DNA from: Basidiobolus meristosporus CBS 931.73
Lineage: Eukaryota > Fungi > Basidiobolomycota
Assembly (NCBI GenBank): GCA_002104905.1
Contig: MCFE01000077.1
Location: forward strand, 62,001 to 126,000
DNA length: 64,000 nucleotides
Direction: 5' to 3'
Shown here: positions 50,843-60,755 of the stretch, piece by piece
Numbering within the stretch: the first letter of the stretch is position 1
Layout: each line of letters starts with the position of its first letter
The notes under the pieces: generated by a model
The model's database searches: none
What the model saw: only the letters and a program-made list of their open reading frames with translations
What the model was told of the DNA's origin: nothing
Position numbers and translations under genes: made by a program

Positions 50843-52381
50843 GTTTTCGTTATGGCTTGGGTAGAATGGTTTTGTGAATGCTTTTGGGGCTACGTAAAGT
50901 GGCTTTCACTCTTTGGTGGGCAATGCGAAGACAAACGAACGTTTGGATTGGTTAGCAAGGTTCCTCTTGATGGTTTAGCAAAGTGCTGGTTACTGCTTTT
51001 GTTTCGTTGAAGAGAGAGTTCCTACTTGAGATTCTTGAATCTAAGGAAAGATGAGTCCTCGTGAAATGGACTATAATACACGAGGGAGAAGAGATAAATT
51101 GGAGAAAATTCAGGTAGCAAGAACTTCACGGCACGTATTTTAGTCATGGACATTACTGGCACAGATGGCCTATTTCGATCCGTGACGTTAATCAAATGAC
51201 GATTATTACTGATTGAGAAATTTTAGGGGAGAGGGGTTAGAACCCTAACCCTAGTCCTGGCCATTTCCTCTTCTTTTCTTCCTAAAAACCCATTACAAAT
51301 CATTTTCGCCTGTTCTGAAATCAACTGTTGCGGTAATGTATCGTCGATGACAAAAGCCTTTGGTCACGAGCCATGTCATGATCACACGTGACGTGGTCTT
51401 ATGCTTGTCTATATCTAGTAAATAACCCAGCAAAGTAAACACGCATTTGGCCAATTTCACCACATCATTGGTCCATACAATCAAAGTGTAGATACTAGTG
51501 CTAGAATTCTAATTTAATGAGCCTTGGCCAATTGCAGGTTCTACGAATACGATGGATTACATGTTTGAGGATCTAACCGCATGGTTTGCGCCTAGCGTTC
51601 CACTGGAATATCGCCAGCTTTGGGGTAAATACTCGGGTTGATGCACTAGAGGGTTGGTGGAGTAGCTGCTAATATCCAGCTTACAGTTGAGAATGGCGGC
51701 AAGATCCAAGCGAGCTACAAGGAGCGGAGCGTAGAATATCTGTTCAGTCAAACAGCTGAAGATTCCCACATCGAGGAGTAAATCCATTTGAGTCATTCCG
51801 TAATACGCACCACCTTGAATTTAACTTCTCTCCAGCTTACTTCGTCAGGGGGGCAGATTGGTCTTCAGTGCCGACTGGATACTACGCTCGATAAAAGTTG
51901 GTTATCGGCTCAAACTCGGCAAATTCCTTTTGTTCGAAGGTATAAACCCCGTGTGGTCTTTGAACGATTTGTATTAACTACTGACGCATAGATTCACTAT
52001 CGAGCCAGCAAACCACTGAACAGCAGAGTGAACCTTTGAGGGAACACGTAACGGTTGAAGCGGCGCAGTTTCGCATCTCTGCCCGGTCCGACTCGAGTAA
52101 ACAGCTGGCAAGCACGCCAACTCGATCCAAACGGGCGCAACAGGGATAATACAAGGCGATATAAATAAAGCATGGGTCAGGCCAAGTTAAAGCTCGGGTA
52201 TAGAACAAAATTCAGGCGGCCCCATGGTTCAACAGTAACGACGAGTGTTTGAGGTGTCCAGAAAGATGAGATTTTATTTTGTTGTAGATAAGGGGCTTGG
52301 GGAGGAGATGAGATGAGCGCCGTGTATTTGAATAAAGGGAGGGTGGGGTGTGATGGTCAGAGGGGTCCTTCAGAGACTAGC

Positions 52382-53107
52382 TTAGATGGCTTTGTAGCCG
52401 CTGTCATAGTTGTAAGATTCAGTGTACGATGGCCCAGTCTTGTAGGCTGTGCGAGCACCGAAATTGCTCTTGTATCCAGTATGGCTACCTTTGAAGTACT
52501 TCTTCCAGTCATCTTTGAGGCTTTTGATGAGGTCGCCGTATTTACCGGTACCTGCTTCAGCGATGGCGAGGCCATAACCCTGCTTGACACCAACCTCATA
52601 TCCCGTCTTCTCACCTAATTCAAAGCCTTGTTTGAAACCTGCGGTCTCACCCTTTCTCTCGGCAGCTTTCTCAGCCTTCTCATATCCGTTCCAGTATCCC
52701 TTGTCGACACCATCACGCACTCCATCTTCCCATCCAGAGACAACTCCTTTGCGTTGACCCTTGAAGCTACCTTGAGCCTGTCCTTTCCCGAACCCTTCTT
52801 TGCCACCCTTGACATAGCCTTCCTTGAATCCCGATTTGCGGCCAACATTATATCCGTTCTCGTATTGGTTATAGTAATTGTTGTACCCGCCTCCATAAGA
52901 CTTGGTTGGCTTCACCCAAGGGCGTTTGACCTTTTTACCATAATCATCATTCCCATACTCCTTTGCCTTGTAAGTCTTGGTAATGGGCTTCACCAAGACC
53001 TTAGGCTTGGGTTGGTCGTATTCAACATTCTTCACCACCTCCTCTGCGGACACCAAGGTAGTAGAGAGTGTAGCCAACGCACACAAAGCAAGAATGGAGA
53101 ATTTCAT
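52382..53107 (-). CDS. Secreted Gly/Lys/Tyr-rich protein with G-x-x-x tetrad ladder (paralogue 1, 241 aa)
   Basis: Signal peptide MKFSILALCALATLSTTLVSA at ATG 53107. Intronless, TATAAA at 53183-53188, clear paralogue upstream. Confidence 0.88.
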   Translation of the reverse strand: MKFSILALCALATLSTTLVSAEEVVKNVEYDQPKPKVLVKPITKTYKAKEYGNDDYGKKVKRPWVKPTKSYGGGYNNYYNQYENGYNVGRKSGFKEGYVKGGKEGFGKGQAQGSFKGQRKGVVSGWEDGVRDGVDKGYWNGYEKAEKAAERKGETAGFKQGFELGEKTGYEVGVKQGYGLAIAEAGTGKYGDLIKSLKDDWKKYFKGSHTGYKSNFGARTAYKTGPSYTESYNYDSGYKAI

Positions 53108-53182
53108 GATGGAGATTATGATGAGTTGGGAAAGGGACAAGTGCAACCACTGGTAAGGATGGGTGATGGCTGAAGAATCGCC

Positions 53183-53188
53183 TTTATA
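53183..53188 (-). promoter_or_regulatory. TATA box of paralogue 1
   Basis: TATAAA ~76 nt upstream of the signal-peptide ATG, matching the layout of paralogue 2. Confidence 0.6.
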
Positions 53189-53310
53189 CTCGATTTCCGT
53201 CGTTTCAGATACGACTCCTTGAAGAGGAAACACCCATCTAACAGTGTCACCATTGTTTCAGGATCGATCTTCATTTGAATCACGTTGAGCATCTGAAACG
53301 ACTGCTAATG

Positions 53311-53468
53311 TAGCGTACACACTGTAATGTCGCATCCACACAGGGTGTGTCGTTCTGTCATGTAGCACCCGCACCAAAAAGGTTGGCACCATCCACACAG
53401 GGAGTGCCTATCTATACCATAGCATCCACACAGGGAACACCATTCTATAACTTAGCATCCGCACAAGA
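53311..53468. repeat. Array of a 14-bp motif (GCATCCACACAGGG), mostly at 33-bp spacing
   Basis: Copies start at 53332, 53365 (degenerate), 53389, 53422 and 53455; a weaker one near 53313. Confidence 0.75.
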
Positions 53469-53633
53469 AGTGCCAGCAAACTCACAAAGGTGCATGCGCT
53501 GATCATTACTTTCGATCCATAAACGTTGCGCACTCGAGGTTATTTTGCAGAAATGAACTTTATTCAGGAATGTGAGAAAGACAGAAAGGTAAACTTATGA
53601 GGGGGCGAATGTCAACAAAATTGGGTTCACTCT

Positions 53634-54620
53634 CTAATACTGGATCTTGTTGACACCCGTGTCATATGAGGTGTACTTGGTCTCGCTCCAGCCATTGCCA
53701 CCATCATACTTGTTTTCACCCCAACCATAGCTCCCACCGTTGTATTTGTTGGCGTCCCAACCACTACCGGCACCGTTGAACTTCTTGTCATCCCAACCAC
53801 TACCGGCACCGTTGAGCTTCTTGTCGTCCCAACCACTACCAGCACCGTTGAACTTCTTGTCGTCCCAACCACTACCGCCACCGCTGAGCTTCTTGTCGTC
53901 CCAACCGTAGCCTCCGTCGTTGTAGAACTGTCTCCAACCGTTCTTGAACTTCTGGATCAGTTCTTCGTAATTCCCAGTGTGGGCATTTGCGGCGGCCAAG
54001 GCGATTCCTTTCTTCAGGCCTAGCTGGTAGCCAGCCTCTTCACCAAGCTTAAGACCCTGTCTGAATCCTGCGTCCTGTCCTTTCTTTTCAGCGATTTTTT
54101 GGGCTTCGTCGTATCCTTTCCAGTAGCCATTGTCGACTCCGGTTTGGACCCCCTCAGCCCAACCGCTGGCGGCACCCTTTCGCTCGCCCTTCGCATCTCC
54201 CTTCACGAAGCCTTTTTTGAAGCCTTTCTCAACTCCGGTCTTGTATCCGGGCTTATAACCGGCCTCGCGGCCATTGTTGTAGCCTACATCCCATTGGTCA
54301 TAATGGCTCTCGTAATCCTTGCTATTCCCCTTCTCTTCCCATCCGCCCTTCCCCTTGTTAACCTTGATGGGGCTGGTGCGAACCACCTTGGCGGAACCCT
54401 TTCCACCATTGCGGTTGTAGGTTCCTTTGTCAACCTTGATGGGGCTGGTGCGAGCTACCTCGACATAATCCTTCCCATCATCGTAGCCATAGGATTCCTT
54501 GTCAACCTTGATGGGGCTGGTTCGAGCCACTCCGATCTTCGCCTTCTCCTCTTCAGCGGCCGACACTAACAGAGATGGAGAGGCACTGACAATTACGGCG
54601 AAGATGAGGGAGTATTTCAT
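53634..54620 (-). CDS. Secreted Gly/Lys-rich protein with G-x-x-x ladder and two further repeat blocks (paralogue 2, 328 aa)
   Basis: Signal peptide MKYSLIFAVIVSASPSLLVSA, 3 x 24-aa repeat, tetrad ladder, 5 x 12-aa repeat. Confidence 0.9.
   Translation of the reverse strand: MKYSLIFAVIVSASPSLLVSAAEEEKAKIGVARTSPIKVDKESYGYDDGKDYVEVARTSPIKVDKGTYNRNGGKGSAKVVRTSPIKVNKGKGGWEEKGNSKDYESHYDQWDVGYNNGREAGYKPGYKTGVEKGFKKGFVKGDAKGERKGAASGWAEGVQTGVDNGYWKGYDEAQKIAEKKGQDAGFRQGLKLGEEAGYQLGLKKGIALAAANAHTGNYEELIQKFKNGWRQFYNDGGYGWDDKKLSGGGSGWDDKKFNGAGSGWDDKKLNGAGSGWDDKKFNGAGSGWDANKYNGGSYGWGENKYDGGNGWSETKYTSYDTGVNKIQY
53746..53915 (-). repeat. 36-bp coding tandem repeat (GSGWDDKKxNGA)
   Basis: TCCCAACC anchors at 53755, 53791, 53827, 53863 and 53899. 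Confidence 0.95.
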
Positions 54621-54715
54621 GGCGGCGAGAAAGAGACGAGGAGAGGTGAGTGGAAGATGCAGAAAGTTGGAGAACTATCGGATACACCAGCCTTGACTCC
54701 CTCAAATCCATACAC

Positions 54716-54721
54716 TTTATA
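54716..54721 (-). promoter_or_regulatory. TATA box of paralogue 2
   Basis: TATAAA ~96 nt upstream of ATG 54620. Confidence 0.6.
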
Positions 54722-55293
54722 GGAAATTAAGAACACCGACTCATGCAGGATGCAAATGCTCCTTGTTTCGTCTTGCTTTGGATGGTGGTCATCGTATGAA
54801 ACCTACCATCCAAACCTCCTTTGGTTTGAAAGCACTGCAGATTGTCCATTCATAACCTCTGTTTCGATGATCAAACCATTGATACATATTGGGGCATTCT
54901 GGTGCCGAATTTTCTTACAAAGCAAGGTGTTCTGCTACATGTGAAGATCAGTCACCCTAGAACTTTGGGGAGCCACCGGTTTTCGTCCCACAGCCAATTC
55001 AAGTTGGACTGTTACCAGCAACATCATCGCCAGGAATCGCCAGTATGTGATTCCCTCTTTACAAGTCCCAATTTGGCCAGCTTCCGTGGATTGTGTTACG
55101 AGGTTGTTATCAGCAGCCCAGATTAGGCTAGCGGTTCATCCATCTCCTTTTTCGCTCCCTCCATACGACGGTTCACATGAGGTCCCGCCATTGGAGGAGT
55201 GAAATTACTGTAAAACCTTTTCCAAGATACGCTTATTTTGTCGTGGAAAATCTATCTATATACCGTGCATCCTCCTTGGCAGAGGTTCCAGCA

Positions 55294-56799
55294 ATGAAGG
55301 TCCACCACTTGTACAGAAAACTTTTGACCAACTCGCCCAACATATACCAACCCCCGCTCGCTCTCAGCTTGGCTCGGACTAGGCGCCTCAAGTGGCTAGG
55401 AGTCGGGCTATGCTTGCTGTTGCTGGGAGCTGCGTTCTTCCGAAGCATCTTGACAATACCAACCACCTTGGACATCTCTCCAAAGGACCTTGCTGCCCTC
55501 ACTTGCCCCTCTCTCATGCTCCCTGCTACTCCAGTATCCTTCCATGGTTCATGTCAAGAGATTCCATCTCTGGACGAGAAATTCCGTGTTTTCAATTGCA
55601 AGTCCCCAGATACGTGCATGGTGGGGTATGTTGAGATCCAAAGGGTCAACAAGGATTACTGTGAGGAGGCCAAAAAGATCGACTACTCACCCAGCCCTGT
55701 CCACCAGGAATACTTTGGTCGTATCGATGGACCGGATACTTTCTACGTGAACTTCACCGGTGCGCAGAAACTGGCAGTGTCTGAATGGCAGTTCCGCGAG
55801 GACTGCAGTTATCGCTTTCCGTATACCTTTCACAACTCAGGGGCTGTCCAGCTCAGCATCACCCATGTATACGACGGGTTCAGAGGGGTGAATGAGGTTT
55901 CCCAAGAATGGCCCGAGTATCTCGGAAATGTAGTTGTTCAGGACCATGAGGACACCATATGTCCCCAATGTCCGGCTACAAATACGAGCGGCCTCCAGTC
56001 CAATGAATCCACCTCTATTTGTGACGACGAGCGGCCTGTTCGAGGGGCTTGGGTCCCTTGGCAAGATACGGCTCTTTCTACCTCGGGATACCTATGGTCT
56101 CCCCTAGGGTGCGTGTATACGCACAAGATCAAACCAATCCAGGAGAGAGCGTGCCTGGCTAATCCGCGCTCTATTCTATTCACCGGAGATTCCCAAATTC
56201 GGGTCACCTATGACAACATATGGAGACGCTTCGATGGGCAATTGGGTAGAATCAACACCTTGAATCGGTTCCTGGATCGCAAGAAGGTGATCAAGAACGT
56301 AACCTTGTATCATCACAAAGACGTCTTCCTGGAGGACATAGCCGGCCGTACGCCGGCCGAATTGCTGACCTACGACACCATCGTGTTCAACTTCGCCCAG
56401 TGGCCGGCGTCCGGGCCCAACAATGGTGGCCATTGGACCACCGAGAAATTCCTCTCAAGGTTGACGAATGTAACGGACTACCTGGCGGGAATTCGGGACT
56501 CACGCCCGAAGGGGAAGCCATTGCGCTTGATATGGCACGGAATTCACGCCTTTTCCACCACCAATCCCTATTCCAAAAGCCGTATCGACTGGCGTACCAA
56601 CCCTCGGCTGAAGAACTGGAACGTATTTGCCGAGGATATAATGAAGGGACACGGGATCCGCTCGATCAACTCTTTTCAGATCACTTATCCAATGATAGAT
56701 ACCAGCCCTGATAAGGCCCATTACTTCGGTACAGACGCCGAAGAGGCCATTGTAGATGAAACTCTACACAAGCTTGACTTGTGTGAACCAGTGTACTAG
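55294..56799 (+). CDS. Type II membrane SGNH/PC-esterase-family protein (NXPE/TBL/Cas1-like), ~501 aa
   Basis: Intronless ORF 55177-56799; the likelier start is ATG 55294. One hydrophobic anchor (WLGVGLCLLLLGAAFF), Cys-rich stem, ILFTGDSQIR and C-terminal DKAHY (GDS / DxxH). Confidence 0.78.
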   Translation: MKVHHLYRKLLTNSPNIYQPPLALSLARTRRLKWLGVGLCLLLLGAAFFRSILTIPTTLDISPKDLAALTCPSLMLPATPVSFHGSCQEIPSLDEKFRVFNCKSPDTCMVGYVEIQRVNKDYCEEAKKIDYSPSPVHQEYFGRIDGPDTFYVNFTGAQKLAVSEWQFREDCSYRFPYTFHNSGAVQLSITHVYDGFRGVNEVSQEWPEYLGNVVVQDHEDTICPQCPATNTSGLQSNESTSICDDERPVRGAWVPWQDTALSTSGYLWSPLGCVYTHKIKPIQERACLANPRSILFTGDSQIRVTYDNIWRRFDGQLGRINTLNRFLDRKKVIKNVTLYHHKDVFLEDIAGRTPAELLTYDTIVFNFAQWPASGPNNGGHWTTEKFLSRLTNVTDYLAGIRDSRPKGKPLRLIWHGIHAFSTTNPYSKSRIDWRTNPRLKNWNVFAEDIMKGHGIRSINSFQITYPMIDTSPDKAHYFGTDAEEAIVDETLHKLDLCEPVY

Positions 56800-57727
56800 T
56801 CCGTAAGCGTATGTTAATTCTCTCGACCACTTGATGTAATAAATCTCACCTATTTGGGAATGTGTGACCAGGCTGGGGGCCCATGTTGGGAAGTATCCAG
56901 AAATACATTCCGCAATTACTTGTAGATAGAGTTGTGGCACTGCGCATTCGGACCCAGCGACTGTGGATCTACATATCCGCATGCTACGGACTGGATTCGA
57001 TCCACAAGGATCTAGTGGGCTTATACGAGTCGACATGCAAATCTAAGCAGCACCATACAGCAAGCTCGTTCACAGCATGAAAACGCATATGCAAATCCTC
57101 TGTGTCGCTTCAAGGGGAACGCCGAAAGACACGGCTACCAAAAGGCAGTACAGGTTGGTCAGGCCAATCTGTGCGCCCCTTTCAGATGGTTAACGATTCA
57201 CCCGCCGTTGTATGATCCTGTGGGAATCATTGGTGGCTGGATATTGATGATGTCTTCATTTATATTAATAGATGAATCTGGATAGATCATTGGCAGGAAA
57301 CCATGGGACTTCAGGACATCCAGGTGAGTAGGAATGCCACGGATTCCTAGCGCCTCATTGATTCTAGGGATGTGTGAATATGTGGGTGCTGCACAAATCT
57401 GCAACTGCTATGTTTTGTCGAATCTCCCGTATCTGAGTGGATCCCGCTCCTCTCACTCATATTCGCCCAGGCCGATTTCTTCTTGCTTGACTTTCCCCCT
57501 TCCCAACTTGGCTCTTAGCCCACACCTTCATTGCTGCCCCTCTTAGAGCCCTCTGCTTCTCCCACCACCCCCACCCCTACCTGCCGGCTTGGAATTCGGT
57601 TGATACTCTCGCCCAGGCCTTATCTATCTACCCAGTGAACAGCCCTCAACCAAGCGTGAAGAAACTCCCACCCGACAAGACCGTTCCCTAAGCCCTTACC
57701 AGTCGACCAGTAGTCTCTTACTTCATC

Positions 57728-59234
57728 ATGACCAAACCAGACTTGTTCGAAAGACGAGCATCACTGAGCGTGGCCGCGAAGCAGACGACGAAGGACGATT
57801 TTGAGGTACCTTTGTTGAATATTTTACCCCTCCTCACCCCCGCACTTACGGGAGAATCCAATTCCGTTGGGCTGGAGGTGGAAGAGAGACCTTCGCAGAG
57901 GCTAATCCTATGTGTATTTTAGCTTGACAAAAACTCGACTGGCGAGTCTTCCTCACAGGCCGGCCCCGCGAAGCACATTATCCCAACTCCTCCCTCCTCA
58001 CCTCTCGTTTTGACAACCCCCAGGGGTGGGGCTTCCTCTGTACTGAGTCTCCAACAACAACAACAACACCAGCAGCAGCAGCAACCTTATGTTTCCTCCG
58101 CACCAATCTCTCGTGCGCTTGAAGCTCCTCACAAGCCCTGCGACTTGGTGAGTTCAAAGTGCAGTACTTTTTCACCCACTGTTAATCCAACCACCGACCT
58201 AGAGGCATCAGTCGGTACCTTGAAAACGGCCAAACACCAGCATTTCGCCCCCGAGCTCCTCTATAAGATCTTCTCCTATCTATCCTTCACCCAATCCACC
58301 CTGGGCACGTGCGCACTCGTGTGCAAGCAGTGGAACACCATTGCGTGCACCATACTCTGGCGACGACCCATCTTCACCTCCCTCCAATCGGTTGAGAAAT
58401 TCATCTCCGCTCTAAATATAGACCTCACACTACAACCAGAACTCTCCTCGTTCCCTCCACCCTGCCCAGCCCCTCCTCCTCACCGGCTCCTCGGCGGCCA
58501 CATCAACCAATGCTGGTGGGGGTGAGGTCGAAGTTGGGTCTTTCAAATCCAACGACCAGCATGGGGATGGGAGCGGGAATCACTCGAACTTTGTGGCACA
58601 GAGATATGCCTCCCTCGTCCGAATCATCGATTTCACTTTGCTGGACGAGATCCATCGAAACAGCACCGTACTATCACAGCACATAGTTCGACTGATCCCC
58701 TTGGTGCAGCCAAGCCTTCAGTGCCTTGACCTAGGGTTCAACAAGGGGGTGAAGAACTTCGACTTACAGCGGCTCTCGCCGTGGCTCTCGAACCTGACCT
58801 CCCTGAACCTCGCTGGAGGCAGCCGCACCGACATAGTGCTCACTAAGCTGAGCAAACACTGCCCGAACTTGACCCGGCTTTCAGTCAGCTGGAACTCCCA
58901 GCTCACGGACTTTGGGTTCGTCGAGATGGCAAGACATTGTCGTAAGCTTCGGGCCCTTGACGTGACGAACTGCGCCCAAATCACCGACACCGGGGTAATG
59001 GCGCTGGCGGTGTACTGTACACAGCTACGAGTGCTGAGCGTCTCTTACTGCCAGTGTGTCGGGGAGGTGGCGATCTGGGAGCTGGTGCGAAGCTGCAAGG
59101 AGTTGAAGCTCATCAACGCCCTGGGATGCATCAACTTGTCGAGAAGGTTCCCGGACGAGTTGAAGCTGAAGTACCCGGAGCTTCTGATCAACGTCCCGGG
59201 GGTGCTTCCTTTTTACTATCCAGAGATCGCCTAG
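57728..59234 (+). CDS. F-box / leucine-rich-repeat protein (FBXL/Grr1-like) with an unresolved +1 frame switch near 58422-58525
   Basis: Exon 57728-57805, intron 57806-57922, then polyQ and F-box (PELLYKIFSYL...CALVCKQW). Cys-containing LRRs in 58593-59234. Confidence 0.82.
58052..58084 (+). repeat. CAA/CAG microsatellite encoding QQQQQHQQQQQ
   Basis: Directly visible. Confidence 0.9.
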
Positions 59235-60755
59235 ACTTTCCCCACCCACAACCGTATCTCTCACCGCCCTAACCACCAACCCTCATACTCCCCCTCAACC
59301 CCACGCTCCACTTTGAAGCCCTTAGTTTATGTTAATTTCCCTCGAGAATCTCCCTCACGAATCCGATCATATCAGTGAACGAAGTGAGGTCTATATATAA
59401 CACTACCCTGTGTATCAACCTACAGGGACATTTTGTTGATTTAAGCAAGCGAATGAGCCGCTACTCTAACCAAGTTAGTACACCCCCACACTCTCTACCC
59501 ATTCGCCCACTTCCAACGCCCTCCATCCGTGACGTGGTCGCGTTCCTTTGTAATTTCCATGGAAGGAAATCCGGGAAATCAGCAGTCACCTAGCTATATT
59601 CACCTCCCTCCAGATCGAATCCCCCCTAATCCCCCACCACCATCACCGCCCCTACCCATCCCCATCCTCATTGAACTATCGATAAAATTCAGCCAACTCC
59701 CGGAACCCCCATTGAACCCCGTTCATCTTCACCCACATCGATCAGCACACCTCTTTGATCTCAAGGTTGGTGTGGATGTAGATGTGTAGAGGTGTTCATG
59801 GCGGCGTAGACCTCGATGGAATGATCTAGATTCCCTGCTCAGTGCCTGTGCTACATAAAATCCCCCTCCCCAGCATGCAGGGTAACATTTCGAGGTTACG
59901 ACCATAGTACTTGGATCACTCACAATATATCGTGTACTTGGGTACGTTCTCGAACCCGAACTGAACCATCCCGCTGCCTCCAGGAGACGCCACCCCTTGC
60001 TGCCTATGTCGCACGAGGAGGCACTCTGAGGTGTGGATGACCAGAGCTGACGAGCGAAATCGATGGGGTGTACAGTACAAATGAAGTAACAATGATGTTT
60101 GGGGCGGGGGTCGGAGTGGGAATGGGAGCGGGACAAGGAGCAGGATGAAGATCAACATGAAGGTAAGGCGAGGTAAATTGGTGCCAGTAAATGTAAACGT
60201 CAGAGAATCAAGAAATTGGCCGAATGTTTTAGACGAAACCAACATTTTTTTTTCTTATTTCCTTTTTCAGTTTTTTTCATGGAATTTTTTTTCCAGCTTG
60301 GTCAACTAGTGATTCGAACGAAGAAAAAGTTCTCGTAAAGGAGAGAAGAGGAGAGAGGGGTAGGGGTAGAGGATATTTAGGGTACACAGTGATATGGGTT
60401 ATCATCTAGAACCAAACATGAGCGACATCCGAAATGTTCCTTATGTCTTTTACAGGTTTTTTTGGGGTTTTCTGTTCTAACTAATAGCTAAAGAAGTGGA
60501 TCGTTGGAAAATCTTGGAAAATTTCGAGCTCGGCAAGAAAAAAAATGAATCGGCCTGTGGTTGGGGGAGGTGGGGACGGGTGGCGGGAGTAGCTGGAATT
60601 CACCAGATACTCTCCGGCCCCCACTCCTCCTCAAAAGTGGATCGGCAAAATGTAAGCATATGGATGAACCCGTGGATTGCCCATCAGGTTCCTACAAAGT
60701 CAGTTTCAGAACGAGAGATTCCCTGAGTCCCGGGGCCCGCTTGGCGGGGAGCTAT

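Noticed and set aside
53108-53233. 42-aa N-terminal extension of paralogue 1
   Set aside because: It uses a non-ATG start and spans the TATA box. The signal peptide begins at 53107.
53311-53468. CRISPR-like repeat-spacer array
   Set aside because: Repeats are only 14 bp and degenerate, spacers are about 19 bp, there are no cas genes, and the context is eukaryotic. Kept as a regulatory or minisatellite candidate.
52615-59279. Many 60-180 aa ORFs overlapping the real genes (e.g. 52628-53173, 54099-54569, 58718-58990)
   Set aside because: Antisense or alternative-frame shadows of GC-rich or repetitive coding sequence.
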